DNA of 64,000 bases from a virus, in the IMG/VR virus record IMGVR_UViG_3300048694_001252, positions 1-64,000 of that record; one strand, given 5' to 3'. The position numbers and the translations under genes are program-made. The notes below the pieces were generated by a model. It was not told where the DNA came from, searched no databases, and worked only from the letters and a program-made list of their open reading frames with translations. Each line of letters begins with the position of its first letter. Position 1 is the first letter of the stretch. Shown here piece by piece: positions 54,701 through 64,000 of the stretch.

Positions 54701-57700
54701 GCCTGTAGTGCCCTGACTACCAGTAGTGCCCTGGATTCCCGTAGTACCTTGCGCACCTGTGACGCCTTGAGTGCCCGTGACACCTTGAGATCCCAAGATA
54801 CCCTGGATGCCTTGCGCACCTGTTGCACCTTGCGCACCCGTGACACCATTGACCAAGGCCACAAATAGATTAGTTTCGTCTGCAAAATTGCTTGATCCGG
54901 TACCGCCTGATCCCAACAACATAACCGGATAGGTCCAGTAGTTGTTGGGTACCGAAGTGGGTGTACCATTTACCTGCCAGCGTTGATAATTGGCACTGTT
55001 GGCTCGATCCTGTATGGTTATTACTTCGGTATTCTGGATCAATGCCAAGAATATGTCAATGTCCTGACCACCGTCGGTTAGATGACTGATATTGATTGAT
55101 GTGGCGTTGACTTGGGTGGCGTTGTTCCACAACAGATGACCGCTACCAGGATCACCACTGATTATGTTGGTATCTGACTTGTAATTGAATAGATTACTGC
55201 TAGAGCCAGTATTACCTTGGCTGCCTGTAGTGCCTTGTGTGCCAGTTGTGCCTTGTGTGCCCGTGGTACCTGTGACGCCTTGAGCGCCTGTTGAGCCTTG
55301 GGCACCTGCAATACCCTGTGCGCCCGTGGTACCTTGGCTTCCAGCTACCCCTTGTGTTCCTGTGGTGCCTTGAGCACCTGTGACGCCTTGCCCGCCCGTG
55401 ACACCTTGTGTGCCCTGTGTGCCTGTGACGCCTTGAGCGCCTGTGGTGCCTTGTGTGCCCGTAGCGCCTTGTGAGCCTGTTGTGCCCTGTGTGCCTGTGA
55501 CGCCTTGCGCTCCTGTGGTGCCTTGACCGCCAGTTGATCCTTGTGTGCCCGTAGTGCCCTGACTACCCGTAGTACCCTGAGCACCCGTAGTGCCTTGTGT
55601 ACCCGTAGTGCCCTGTACGCCCGTAGTGCCTTGTGCACCTGTTGAGCCTTGGGTACCCTCAACTCCTTGGATACCTTGAATACCTTCTACACCTTGAGCA
55701 CCTGTGACACCTTGGGTTCCAGTAACCCCTTGAACCCCCGTGGTGCCTTGTGCACCTTGTGCACCTGTAATGCCCTGAGTACCTACAGTACCTTGGGCAC
55801 CTGTTGAACCTTGGGTACCCGTGGCTCCTTGCACTCCCTGTGTGCCCGTAGTACCTTGTGCACCCGTGGTGCCTTGGCCTCCTGTCGCCCCTTGTGTGCC
55901 TTGTGTGCCTGTGGTACCTTGTACACCCTGTGTACCAGTTTGCCCTTGGACTCCTTGTGCTCCAGTAGTACCTTGCGAGCCTGTCACTCCTTGCGTACCC
56001 TGTGTACCTGTGACGCCTTGTGCGCCATCTGTGCCCTGTGCACCTGTGGTGCCTTGACCTCCGGTAGCACCTTGTGTACCCTGTGTACCTGTGGTGCCTT
56101 GTGTGCCCGTGATGCCTTGGCCGCCTGTGGCACCTTGACTACCTGTGGTGCCTTGTGTGCCTTGACTACCAGTAGATCCCTGCGCACCTGTGGTGCCCTG
56201 TGCGCCATCCACACCTTGTACACCTTGTGTACCAGTGGTACCTTGTACACCTTGGCCGCCTGTAACACCTTGTGTGCCTTGTGTACCTGTTGTGCCTTGA
56301 GCACCCGTAACGCCTTGGGTGCCTTGCGTACCGGTTTGTCCTTGAGTTCCTGTGGTGCCTTGTGCACCAGTGACGCCTTGAGTTCCTCCTACTCCCTGTA
56401 CACCTTGGCTGCCTACAATACCTTGGGTGCCTGTGGTTCCTTGTGCACCTGTAGTGCCCTGCGTACCTGTGGCGCCTTGTGTGCCTGTGGTACCTTGTGT
56501 ACCCGTAACGCCCTGTGCGCCATCTGTACCCTGAGCGCCTGTGATGCCTTGTGTGCCAGTTGTGCCCTGAGTGCCTGTGGTGCCCTGTGAGCCAGTTGTA
56601 CCTTGTGTGCCAGTTGTACCTTGTGTGCCAGTTGTACCTTGGGAGCCAGTTGTACCTTGGGAGCCGGTTGTACCTTGTGCGCCTGCGGGTCCGGGCGTAC
56701 CACCAAGATTTACCTCCCAAGATGTGTAACTACCGGTTCCCGTTGCTGTGGTAATATTGGCCACCATGGCGCCGGTACCACTGTCATAACTGGTAACAGT
56801 ACCATCCATGTAGTTGTTGGCATCGTAACTGATGATAATGTTCTGAGATGGGATATAGGCCAGGCTGGTTCCCACCGTGAGAGATTTAGATCCTGTGCCA
56901 ATGGATAGATTGGTTGAGCTAGTGGTTTGATAGGCATCGCCTGTGATGCCTTGTGATCCAATCGTGCCTTGTACACCCTGCGTACCTTGCGAGCCATTTG
57001 TTCCCTGTGTACCTGTAGTGCCTTGACTACCTACAGTACCTTGCGAACCAGTAGTGCCTTGGATACCTGTGATACCTTGGCCGCCTGTAACTCCCTGTGT
57101 ACCCTGTGTGCCTTGCGTACCTGTGACACCTTGACCGCCCACAGCACCTTGACTGCCTACCGCGCCCTGTACGCCCTGACCTCCCACTGCACCCTGTACA
57201 CCTTGAGTGCCCGTGATACCTTGAGTGCCCGTAGTGCCTTGTGCACCAGTAGATCCTTGAGCGCCAAGAACTCCCTGTGTGCCTTGTGTGCCAGTATTGC
57301 CTTGTGTGCCCGTAGTTCCTTGAGCACCTGTGGTGCCCTGTGTACCCGTAGAGCCTTGAGCTCCTTGACTACCTGTGGTTCCTTGCGAGCCCGCAGTACC
57401 CTGTGTGCCTGTTATGCCTTGTGAGCCAGTAGTGCCTTGTACACCTGTCGCGCCTTGCGAGCCCGTAGTGCCTTGTGTGCCAGTTGTACCCTGTGATCCA
57501 ATCGTGCCTTGTGTGCCTTGACTACCTGTGGTGCCTTGCGAGCCCGCAGTACCCTGTGTGCCTGTGGTGCCTTGAGCACCTGTGGTGCCTTGGCCGCCCG
57601 TGACACCTTGTGTGCCTTGAGTGCCCGTAACGCCCTGTGTGCCAGTTGTACCTTGTGCTCCAGTTTGTCCTTGACTACCGGTCACTCCCTGCGTACCCTG

Positions 57701-59083
57701 TGTGCCTGTGACGCCTTGCACTCCTGTAGTGCCTTGTGTGCCTGCGGTGCCCTGCGTACCTGTGGTGCCTTGTGATCCAACCGTACCTTGTGATCCGGTA
57801 GTGCCTTGTGTGCCCGTAGTGCCTTGTGCACCAACGGTGCCTTGCGATCCTAGGGTGCCTTGAACACCTTGACTGCCTACGATACCTTGTGCACCAGTCT
57901 GACCTTGCGTACCTGTGGTGCCTTGAGTACCCGTGATGCCTTGTGTACCCGTGGTGCCTTGTGTTCCCTGTGTGCCTGTAGTGCCTTGCGCACCCGTGAT
58001 GCCTTGAGCGCCTGTGGCTCCTTGCACACCTTGAATTCCAGTAGTACCTTGGCTGCCCACGCTACCTTGTACGCCTACCAGGCCTTGTGTGCCTACCACG
58101 CCTTGGAGACCTGTGGTTCCTTGCAAACCCTCAGTACCCTGTGTGCCCGTAGTGCCCTGAGTGCCCGTGGTACCCTGTGTGCCTGTGGTACCTTGCGCAC
58201 CTGTGGTGCCTTGAGTGCCCGTGGTACCCTGTGTGCCTGTGGTACCTTGTGCGCCATCTGTTCCCTGTGTGCCTACCACGCCCTGGATGCCTTGTGCACC
58301 CACGGTGCCTTGACTTCCGGCTACGCCCTGACTGCCTGTGGTACCTTGGGTGCCACTCACTATGGACTGGCCGTTGGCTAGATAGAATGCATCGCCTACG
58401 ATATTGCCGGCGGTTGTCAGTCCCTCGGCAGAAAACGTGGTCTGGCTACCAGTAGGATCACTGAGGATAAGGCTGTCGGCATTGGCCGAGATCTCAGCTG
58501 AACCCAGATATATGGTGCTGTTGGATAGATAGAGGTCGCGCCAACGAGCTGTGTCACTGCCTAGATCATAGGTGATGTTGGCTGCGGGTTCTAGATTGGC
58601 TGCGAATGTCACCTGGTTGCTGGCAAAAACAACCACATTACCGGTGCCGTTGATGCCCACTGTGATATTGCTGTCAGCTGCTAACACGCTCACGTTGGAA
58701 GTACCATTGGCGATGGCAGTACCATTGCCTGCACCGCCGCCGGAGATACCGGTTAGAAATCTACCATTGCCATAATAGTAGCGGCTGTAGGTGCTGTCAA
58801 AGTAGCGATTGGCCGATCCTAGGTCATAAACGGAATCTATATTGGGCACCACGGTACTGGCCATGGTCACATTGCCTATCCCGTTGCCGGCTAAGACCAG
58901 ATCTAGATTGGTTTCATTGGTACTGACACGATTGTTGGAGATCTGGACTTGGCTGTTGACCGGTCCCGCTGTCCATATATTGGCAAAATTGTTATTGACC
59001 GCTTGAAAAGCGTCGCGCAGACTTTCACCCGTGCCGTCATTTACCGCACCGATGTCTATTAGCTGTTGTGGTGTATCGCTCAT
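51707..59083 (-). CDS. Giant collagen-like fibre protein (2458 aa)
   Basis: N-terminal anchor-like IDIG...[15 protein letters not shown]; long G-(T/A/S)-Q-G-(T/V/A/I)-(T/Q) runs interrupted by three globular inserts. Confidence 0.9.
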   Translation of the reverse strand: MSDTPQQLIDIGAVNDGTGESLRDAFQAVNNNFANIWTAGPVNSQVQISNNRVSTNETNLDLVLAGNGIGNVTMASTVVPNIDSVYDLGSANRYFDSTYSRYYYGNGRFLTGISGGGAGNGTAIANGTSNVSVLAADSNITVGINGTGNVVVFASNQVTFAANLEPAANITYDLGSDTARWRDLYLSNSTIYLGSAEISANADSLILSDPTGSQTTFSAEGLTTAGNIVGDAFYLANGQSIVSGTQGTTGSQGVAGSQGTVGAQGIQGVVGTQGTDGAQGTTGTQGTTGTQGTTGAQGTTGTQGTTGTQGTTGTQGTEGLQGTTGLQGVVGTQGLVGVQGSVGSQGTTGIQGVQGATGAQGITGAQGTTGTQGTQGTTGTQGITGTQGTTGTQGQTGAQGIVGSQGVQGTLGSQGTVGAQGTTGTQGTTGSQGTVGSQGTTGTQGTAGTQGTTGVQGVTGTQGTQGVTGSQGQTGAQGTTGTQGVTGTQGTQGVTGGQGTTGAQGTTGTQGTAGSQGTTGSQGTQGTIGSQGTTGTQGTTGSQGATGVQGTTGSQGITGTQGTAGSQGTTGSQGAQGSTGTQGTTGAQGTTGTQGNTGTQGTQGVLGAQGSTGAQGTTGTQGITGTQGVQGAVGGQGVQGAVGSQGAVGGQGVTGTQGTQGTQGVTGGQGITGIQGTTGSQGTVGSQGTTGTQGTNGSQGTQGVQGTIGSQGITGDAYQTTSSTNLSIGTGSKSLTVGTSLAYIPSQNIIISYDANNYMDGTVTSYDSGTGAMVANITTATGTGSYTSWEVNLGGTPGPAGAQGTTGSQGTTGSQGTTGTQGTTGTQGTTGSQGTTGTQGTTGTQGITGAQGTDGAQGVTGTQGTTGTQGATGTQGTTGAQGTTGTQGIVGSQGVQGVGGTQGVTGAQGTTGTQGQTGTQGTQGVTGAQGTTGTQGTQGVTGGQGVQGTTGTQGVQGVDGAQGTTGAQGSTGSQGTQGTTGSQGATGGQGITGTQGTTGTQGTQGATGGQGTTGAQGTDGAQGVTGTQGTQGVTGSQGTTGAQGVQGQTGTQGVQGTTGTQGTQGATGGQGTTGAQGTTGTQGVQGATGTQGSTGAQGTVGTQGITGAQGAQGTTGVQGVTGTQGVTGAQGVEGIQGIQGVEGTQGSTGAQGTTGVQGTTGTQGTTGAQGTTGSQGTTGTQGSTGGQGTTGAQGVTGTQGTTGSQGATGTQGTTGAQGVTGTQGTQGVTGGQGVTGAQGTTGTQGVAGSQGTTGAQGIAGAQGSTGAQGVTGTTGTQGTTGTQGTTGSQGNTGSSSNLFNYKSDTNIISGDPGSGHLLWNNATQVNATSINISHLTDGGQDIDIFLALIQNTEVITIQDRANSANYQRWQVNGTPTSVPNNYWTYPVMLLGSGGTGSSNFADETNLFVALVNGVTGAQGATGAQGIQGILGSQGVTGTQGVTGAQGTTGIQGTTGSQGTTGTQGLQGIIGNQGVTGAQGVTGAQGTTGTQGTTGSQGTDGTQGTTGSQGTQGTTGAQGTTGAQGVTGAQGVIGSQGTVGAQGATGSQGTTGTQGVQGTQGVQGTVGTQGVQGTLGTQGLQGILGTQGVQGAQGTVGLQGVQGTVGTQGITGTQGATGTQGTDGTQGITGAQGATGAQGTTGTQGVQGVTGAQGTTGAQGTTGIQGQTGTQGTAGNQGTTGSQGTAGTQGTTGTQGTTGAQGTTGTTGTQGTTGTQGTTGTQGTTGAQGTTGAQGTDGTQGTAGTNGTQGTTGTQGTTGTTGAQGATGAQGTQGAQGTLGTQGTTGAQGTTGAQGTTGAQGTTGTQGVQGTTGIQGTQGITGAQGTTGAQGVQGITGTQGIQGTQGATGTQGTQGNQGSSSNLFNYRANTGSTSGDPGDGKVIWNNLAQTSATSINIDHLTDDGQDIDIFLALIQNTEVITIQDRANSANYQRWQINGTPSTVTNNYWTYPVMLLGSGGTGSSNFADNSTLFVALVSGAQGTAGTQGATGAQGVQGITGTQGTTGTQGTTGAQGTTGAQGTTGAQGVQGTIGAQGITGAQGTTGAQGVQGTIGAQGTRGTTGTQGITGAQGTTGAQGTTGAQGATGAQGTTGTTGTQGTTGAQGTTGAQGTTGAQGATGAQGTTGTTGTQGTTGAQGTTGAQGATGAQGTTGTTGTQGITGAQGTTGAQGTTGAQGTTGTQGTDGTQGTTGAQGTTGAQGTSGTNGTQGTTGAQGTTGAQGTTGAQGTIGAQGTDGAQGATGAQGVTGAQGTTGTQGTTGAQGSTGAQGATGAQGVTGAQGATGAGTQGATGAQGATGTGTQGATGTGTQGATGAGTQGATGTQGTLGTQGAQGPSGGGGGSANTINATNNTTTANLYPVMVGAAGVDQLANVSTAGFVYNATSNALSVTGNITGGNLTSLGTFSSSVFLATNGLLLTANTITANYTVGSGYNALSIGPITTANNVSVTVASGQRWVIL

Positions 59084-59135
59084 TTAGTGGGATCCTATAG
59101 GATATTTACCAATTTAGATCCCAAACTATTTTGCG

Positions 59136-62100
59136 CTAGACTCTGCCCACCACGATTTCAATCAGGCCCTGATCGCCCTCAAAGTTTTCCAGACTCTTGC
59201 CTATAATAGCACCAGTTGGGGGGTCTGCATCCGATCTGGCCGCGCCGTTGCCCGCGCTCACCATCATGTCGCCCTTGCGTATCACGCCCGTGACACGGGT
59301 TTTTACCCGCCCCTGCAGAGCCAGCAGTACCGGATGTTCAGCTGATATGCCCGCGTTCATGACGTGTCCCGGACCGGTACTGACCACACCGGCCACGGCT
59401 CGATCACCATCAACTGAACTGATAGTTACTTCGTGTGTGCCACCAAAGCAGAGCACAGTACCCGGTTCATAGTCTTGATCGGCGCTGTATTTTTCGGCCA
59501 AGTCGGCATATTGAGCTTGTGTTGATGTGACCTGTAGCGTGTTATTTGCTGCATCAAAACTGAATGCCGTGGCTGCTGTTCGAACTGAGGCTGTTTGGTT
59601 GCTACCGGCTGCGGCCACAAAAACCGGATAGAATGTACCAGTTGTGACCGCTGTGGCATTGATAGCCGTACTGGGTCCAGTGGAGCCCTGAGTGCCCGTG
59701 GAGCCCTGAGTGCCCGTGGAACCCTGAGCGCCTGTAGCACCTTGAGTACCAGTACCTGTGGTACCCTGTGCACCTGTTGTGCCTTGTGCACCTGTGGTGC
59801 CTTGTGTGCCATTTGTTCCTGCAGTACCCTGTGCACCTGTGGTGCCTTGAGCACCTGTGGTACCTTGTGTGCCATTTGTTCCTGCAGTACCCTGTGCACC
59901 TGTGGTGCCTTGAGCACCTGTAGTACCTTGTGTGCCATTTGTTCCTGCAGTACCCTGTGCACCTGTGGTGCCTTGTGCGCCATTTGTTCCACTAGTACCC
60001 TGTGCACCTGTGGTGCCTTGTGTGCCATTTGTTCCACTAGTACCCTGTGCACCTGTGGTGCCTTGGCCGCCGGTGGCACCTTGTGTGCCATTTGTTCCAC
60101 TAGTACCCTGTGCACCTGTAGCACCTTGGCCGCCAGTGGCACCTTGTGTGCCATTTGTTCCACTAGTACCCTGTGCACCTGTGGTGCCTTGAGTGCCAGT
60201 ACCTGTGGTGCCTTGTGCACCTGTGGTACCTTGTGTGCCATTTGTTCCACTAGTACCCTGTGCACCTGTGGTACCCTGTGCACCTGTGGTGCCTTGTGCG
60301 CCATTTGTTCCACTAGTACCCTGTGCACCTGTAGTGCCTTGTGTGCCATTTGTTCCACTAGTACCCTGTGCACCTGTGGTGCCTTGTGCACCTGTTGTAC
60401 CTTGAGCACCTGTGGTACCTTGTGTGCCATTTGTTCCACTAGTACCCTGTGCACCTGTGGTGCCTTGAGCACCTGTAGCACCTTGTGTGCCATTTGTTCC
60501 ATTAGTACCCTGTGCACCTGTGGTGCCTTGGCTACCAGTAGCACCTTGACTACCTGTGATACCTTGAGCACCTGTTGTTCCTTGAACACCTGAACCTGTA
60601 GTGCCTTGAGTACCTTGGGTACCCGTAGCTCCTTGGGTACCAGTAATTCCCTGTCGACCTTGAATACCTTGAGTGCCCTGTGCACCTGTGGTGCCTTGGC
60701 TACCAGTAGCACCTTGACTACCTGTGGTGCCTTGAGCACCTGTGGTGCCTTGAGAACCTGCACCTGTGGTGCCTTGTGGTCCCGGAGTTCCACCAAGATT
60801 TACTGACCAAGAACTATAAGTACCAGATCCAGTAGTACTAGTAATATTGGTTACTAGCTGTCCAGTACCGCTGTTATAACTGGTAACAGTTCCTGACATA
60901 TAATTGCTACCGTCATATGAGATAACAATATTTTGAGATGAGATATATGCTAAATTGGTACCAACAGTTATCGTTTGACTGCCAGTTGCAATAGTCAGAC
61001 TAGTTGAGCTAGTGGTTACATAAGCGTCGCCAGTTATACCTTGTGAACCTAGAATACCTTGCGATCCAGTGCTGCCTTGACTACCTGTAGCACCTTGGGT
61101 ACCTGTGGCTCCTTGGGTACCAGTAATTCCCTGTCGACCTTGAATACCTTGAGTGCCCTGTGCACCTGTAGTGCCTTGGCCACCAGTAGCGCCTTGACTA
61201 CCTGTAGCACCTTGACTACCTGTGATGCCTTGCGCACCTGTGATGCCTTGGCCGCCGGTGGCACCTTGTGTGCCATTTGTTCCACTGGTACCCTGTGCAC
61301 CTGTGGTGCCTTGTGTGCCATTTGTTCCACTGGTACCCTGTGCACCTGTGGTGCCTTGGCCACCAGTAGCGCCTTGACTACCTGTGATGCCTTGAGTACC
61401 TGCACCTGTGGTGCCTTGGCCACCAGTAGCGCCTTGGCCACCAGTAGCGCCTTGACTACCTGTGGTGCCTTGAGTACCTGCACCTGTGGTGCCTTGGCCA
61501 CCAGTAGCGCCTTGTGTTCCCAATAAACCTTGAACGCCTTGAGTGCCCATGGTTCCTTGGCTGCCTGTGACACCTTGAGCACCTGTGCTACCTTGTGTTC
61601 CTTGTATTCCGGTAGCTCCTTGAGGACCGGTTGTGCCTTGCGCACCAGATCCAGTACTGCCCTGTATGCCCGTGGCACCTTGAGCACCAGAAGCTTGCAC
61701 AGCCACACCATTGGCATATTGGAATCCTGCAGCAATGACGTTGCCAACTGCTGTGACTTTACCGCTAGAAAACACATTTCCGCTGGCAGAAATTGCACCA
61801 GTGGCATTGACATTTGCACCCTGGACATTGCCCGATGCTGATACTGTAACACCTTGCACCAGCGCGGCAGATATTAGATTACCACTGGTGACATTTCCCG
61901 AAACTGAAACTGTGGTCCCAGTATGGATCACTGCGTTGACATTGGCCCCACCAAGTATATTGGCACCAGTAATATTGCCCGTGACTGATAGTCCAGTACC
62001 GTTGAATATTGCTGCTTGAGATCCACCAATACCCACTGTGACCGCACCGCCGGCGCTGACCACCTTGACATTGCTGGTACCATTGGTTATTTGATTAACC

Positions 62101-62243
62101 GATACGTTGCCACCAATACTGGTATTTCCGTTGATGGTTAGATCCCCGGTGATGGTAGTTGCCCCAGCCGAAAGCTTGATCGAATCTGTAGGATCTATGG
62201 TTTCGATGGTGTAATTGCCGCTAACGCGCTTGATTGTGCTCAT
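59136..62243 (-). CDS. Collagen-like fibre protein with C-terminal chaperone-like domain (1035 aa)
   Basis: GxQGTT repeats; C-terminal AQYADLAEKY...IEIVVGR homologous to the 45980..49399 C-terminus. Confidence 0.88.
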   Translation of the reverse strand: MSTIKRVSGNYTIETIDPTDSIKLSAGATTITGDLTINGNTSIGGNVSVNQITNGTSNVKVVSAGGAVTVGIGGSQAAIFNGTGLSVTGNITGANILGGANVNAVIHTGTTVSVSGNVTSGNLISAALVQGVTVSASGNVQGANVNATGAISASGNVFSSGKVTAVGNVIAAGFQYANGVAVQASGAQGATGIQGSTGSGAQGTTGPQGATGIQGTQGSTGAQGVTGSQGTMGTQGVQGLLGTQGATGGQGTTGAGTQGTTGSQGATGGQGATGGQGTTGAGTQGITGSQGATGGQGTTGAQGTSGTNGTQGTTGAQGTSGTNGTQGATGGQGITGAQGITGSQGATGSQGATGGQGTTGAQGTQGIQGRQGITGTQGATGTQGATGSQGSTGSQGILGSQGITGDAYVTTSSTSLTIATGSQTITVGTNLAYISSQNIVISYDGSNYMSGTVTSYNSGTGQLVTNITSTTGSGTYSSWSVNLGGTPGPQGTTGAGSQGTTGAQGTTGSQGATGSQGTTGAQGTQGIQGRQGITGTQGATGTQGTQGTTGSGVQGTTGAQGITGSQGATGSQGTTGAQGTNGTNGTQGATGAQGTTGAQGTSGTNGTQGTTGAQGTTGAQGTTGAQGTSGTNGTQGTTGAQGTSGTNGAQGTTGAQGTTGAQGTSGTNGTQGTTGAQGTTGTGTQGTTGAQGTSGTNGTQGATGGQGATGAQGTSGTNGTQGATGGQGTTGAQGTSGTNGTQGTTGAQGTSGTNGAQGTTGAQGTAGTNGTQGTTGAQGTTGAQGTAGTNGTQGTTGAQGTTGAQGTAGTNGTQGTTGAQGTTGAQGTTGTGTQGATGAQGSTGTQGSTGTQGSTGPSTAINATAVTTGTFYPVFVAAAGSNQTASVRTAATAFSFDAANNTLQVTSTQAQYADLAEKYSADQDYEPGTVLCFGGTHEVTISSVDGDRAVAGVVSTGPGHVMNAGISAEHPVLLALQGRVKTRVTGVIRKGDMMVSAGNGAARSDADPPTGAIIGKSLENFEGDQGLIEIVVGRV

Positions 62244-62831
62244 CTAAAGGTCCTTTGGATTATTTAGTCGTCGTTGTAGGTCTTCTAGATCCAGATGAAA
62301 CAGGTTAGCCAATCCATCAAATTGAGCAATATGCGCCGTGGTTGATCCACGCACTCGGACAAAACGTATCCGCGGGAAATCGCCGGCGATACGCAGAATC
62401 TGCCGTGTCCAATTACCGGTATAAGTGGGTTGACTGCTGCTTTTTTTGTAGAATTCGGTATCCGCATACACATTGTTGAACAGATCGCCCGGCATTGGCC
62501 CCATATCAAATCCCACGAGATATATGGGATCATGATGGGCCAGTGCAGCCAAACTCACGGCCAATGGACCTGAACTAAATCCAAAATACTGCTGGGGTAC
62601 AGACTTGGCACCTAGACCCGGAATAGGTTTACGAGTATAGAACTCGTATTGAGCCGAATAGCCACTCTCTTGTATGGCCGTGCTTATGGGTCTATCTGTA
62701 GACACCAATACTGTGGGTATAAATTCACGATAGAGAGCATTACAACCATAGACGGGACCATGTCTTTTTACCTGATCCAGATCCAGCCCCATGCGACTGC
62801 GCCCGTTACCCAACACAAAAGCCACACTCAT
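62244..62831 (-). CDS. Putative glycosyltransferase (Maf/DUF115-, sialyltransferase-like fold)
   Basis: VLGNGRSR, YGCNALYR, SSGP.A, IYLVGFD. Confidence 0.6.
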   Translation of the reverse strand: MSVAFVLGNGRSRMGLDLDQVKRHGPVYGCNALYREFIPTVLVSTDRPISTAIQESGYSAQYEFYTRKPIPGLGAKSVPQQYFGFSSGPLAVSLAALAHHDPIYLVGFDMGPMPGDLFNNVYADTEFYKKSSSQPTYTGNWTRQILRIAGDFPRIRFVRVRGSTTAHIAQFDGLANLFHLDLEDLQRRLNNPKDL

Positions 62832-62863
62832 AAAAAATCCTCCCAGTAGTTATCTGGGAGGAT
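62832..62863 (-). terminator. Rho-independent terminator overlapping the next gene's SD
   Basis: ATCCTCCCAG-7 nt-CTGGGAGGAT then TTTTT-ATG. Confidence 0.75.
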
Positions 62864-62882
62864 CCTTTTGGTTTGACAAATG

Positions 62883-63710
62883 TTACGAAGTAAGGTTGTT
62901 GATCTGGGCCAATTGCAGACTACCATTCTGTGCGGAAGCACCATTGATAACTTCTGCACCAGACCATGTGACCGTACCTTCATCAGTGAAGAAGTTGGTG
63001 GGATAAAAGTTTTCGCTACTTTGTACATTGGTACCATAGTTGCTGTCAGCGTAGTTGCCATAGGTCATGCCATTCCAGTCACGTACCCATTTATTGGTGA
63101 TATAAGAAGCGTAAACAGCCGAACTATCACCCACAGAGTATGCCACGCTCATATATCCTGCGCTGGGAGAACCAGTGTTGGCCAGAACACAGATACCCAC
63201 ATTCCACACGGTACCGTTGTCAACAACAGCCGAACTACCACTGATAGTGGCTGTGAAAATATCACCCTGTGCTGCATTGGGGCTAGCACCAAACTGAGAC
63301 CAATCTGTACCGCTGGCACTGTTGATCATATAGGTATTACCGGCCACGATGTCCTCATCTTGTATGTCCGAGGCTTTGGCCACCAAGAATTTGTGTGCAC
63401 CCTTTTGGCGCAAGATGCGGCCCGATCCCGAACCAGTGCTAGAACCGCTGTTTAGTACGATATTGACCGTGCAGTTGATGTAGGGATTGGCAGCTGATCC
63501 CTGACCTTCTTGGAATCCACCCACCACGCCCAGATAATCCGAGGCGCTGAGTGTGCCAGCTGAGTTGTAAACCGGATCTGTCAGTGACCCAAAGTTGGGA
63601 TAACCCACATCCACATTGACCGCGGCTGCGGGTTGATTTATGGTACCATCGGCGTTGATCGTGATGCCCTGTGCAGGACCACGTTTGGAGATTTTGAGAG
63701 CTCGACCCAT
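62883..63710 (-). CDS. Probable virion structural protein
   Basis: MGRALKI, ILRQKGAHKFLV, G/S/N-rich; TAAATA at 63797-63802; AAGGA SD. Confidence 0.7.
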   Translation of the reverse strand: MGRALKISKRGPAQGITINADGTINQPAAAVNVDVGYPNFGSLTDPVYNSAGTLSASDYLGVVGGFQEGQGSAANPYINCTVNIVLNSGSSTGSGSGRILRQKGAHKFLVAKASDIQDEDIVAGNTYMINSASGTDWSQFGASPNAAQGDIFTATISGSSAVVDNGTVWNVGICVLANTGSPSAGYMSVAYSVGDSSAVYASYITNKWVRDWNGMTYGNYADSNYGTNVQSSENFYPTNFFTDEGTVTWSGAEVINGASAQNGSLQLAQINNLTS

Positions 63711-63734
63711 TTTGTTTGTTCCTTGTGTAAAGTT

Positions 63735-63790
63735 GCGGGTTCTATCCCGCTACGCTGTTTGGGGAAACAGCATAAGCCGCATGATTACGG
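63735..63790 (-). promoter_or_regulatory. Three-hairpin structured 5' leader
   Basis: CCGUA/UGCGG, UAUGCUGUUU/AAACAGCGUA, GCGGG/CCCGC; the G-U pairs form only on the - strand. Confidence 0.5.
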
Positions 63791-63844
63791 ACCAAGTATT
63801 TATGCAAAAACCAAATTATACCAGAGTACCGTAGTAAATACCCC

Positions 63845-64000
63845 GTGAATACTGCACAGCTAATTGAAACCGGCAATCAACATCGTGCTGATCGCCAATA
63901 TGATGCGGCTCTGGCCTGCTATGCCCAGGCCTTTGCCCAGGATCGCGGCTCATCTGCGGCCTTCAACAATTATGGCAATGTACTGCGTGAGATCGGGGAA
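63845..64000 (+). CDS. TPR-repeat protein, N-terminal part (runs off window)
   Basis: GTG 4 nt after TAAATA; MNTAQLIETGNQHRADRQYDAALACYAQA....SAAFNNYGNVLREIG is a TPR pattern. Confidence 0.8.
   Translation, partial: MNTAQLIETGNQHRADRQYDAALACYAQAFAQDRGSSAAFNNYGNVLREIGE

Noticed and set aside
52000-61900. Many alternative-frame and antisense ORFs, including 59426..60796 (456 aa) and 52399..53277
   Set aside because: They are shadows of the 18-nt collagen repeat, which lacks stops in some frames; I saw no SD or slippery site supporting them.
1-64000. tRNA genes, diversity-generating retroelement, integrase/transposase, stop-codon recoding
   Set aside because: I recognised no cloverleaf, reverse transcriptase or recombinase motifs by eye. 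Conserved genes are intact in the standard code and TAA, TAG and TGA all end genes. A tRNAscan-SE run would be needed to exclude tRNAs formally.

Overview
This 64 kb is a segment of a large T4-like (jumbo-type) myophage genome, mostly coded on the minus strand. From left to right it holds: an RNA ligase and small early genes; an 8 kb glycosylation island (GT8-, GT17- and KpsS/KpsC-like glycosyltransferases, a methyltransferase, a cytidylyltransferase-cupin fusion, gmd); uvsY-uvsX-gp32; the large terminase; about 12 kb of probable head-internal proteins; gp4, tail tube and sheath; dNMP kinase and an exonuclease; gp13/gp14/gp15-like neck genes; FkbM and radical SAM fusions; and very long fibre and collagen-like genes. 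The most unusual signal is a 17-bp direct repeat, CAAGGTGTGGCGGAAGG on the minus strand, encoding Q-G-V-A-E-G. It occurs inside three head-region ORFs. In two of them it separates in-frame, unrelated, mostly AT-rich modules of about 55-105 aa (wHTH-like, Zn-ribbon, SH3-like). The peptide resembles a T4 gp21 prohead-protease site (hydrophobic-X-E), and the DNA is conserved at synonymous positions. My inference is an integron-like cassette array within capsid-packaged polyproteins, with the repeat acting as both recombination site and cleavage site. Also notable are four MRAREF paralogues with a T4 capsid-targeting-like N-terminus flanking an Ntn hydrolase, many apparently leaderless promoters, and proline-free Thr-rich collagen alongside a glycosylation island. 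All functional calls come from motif recognition by eye; no searches were run.
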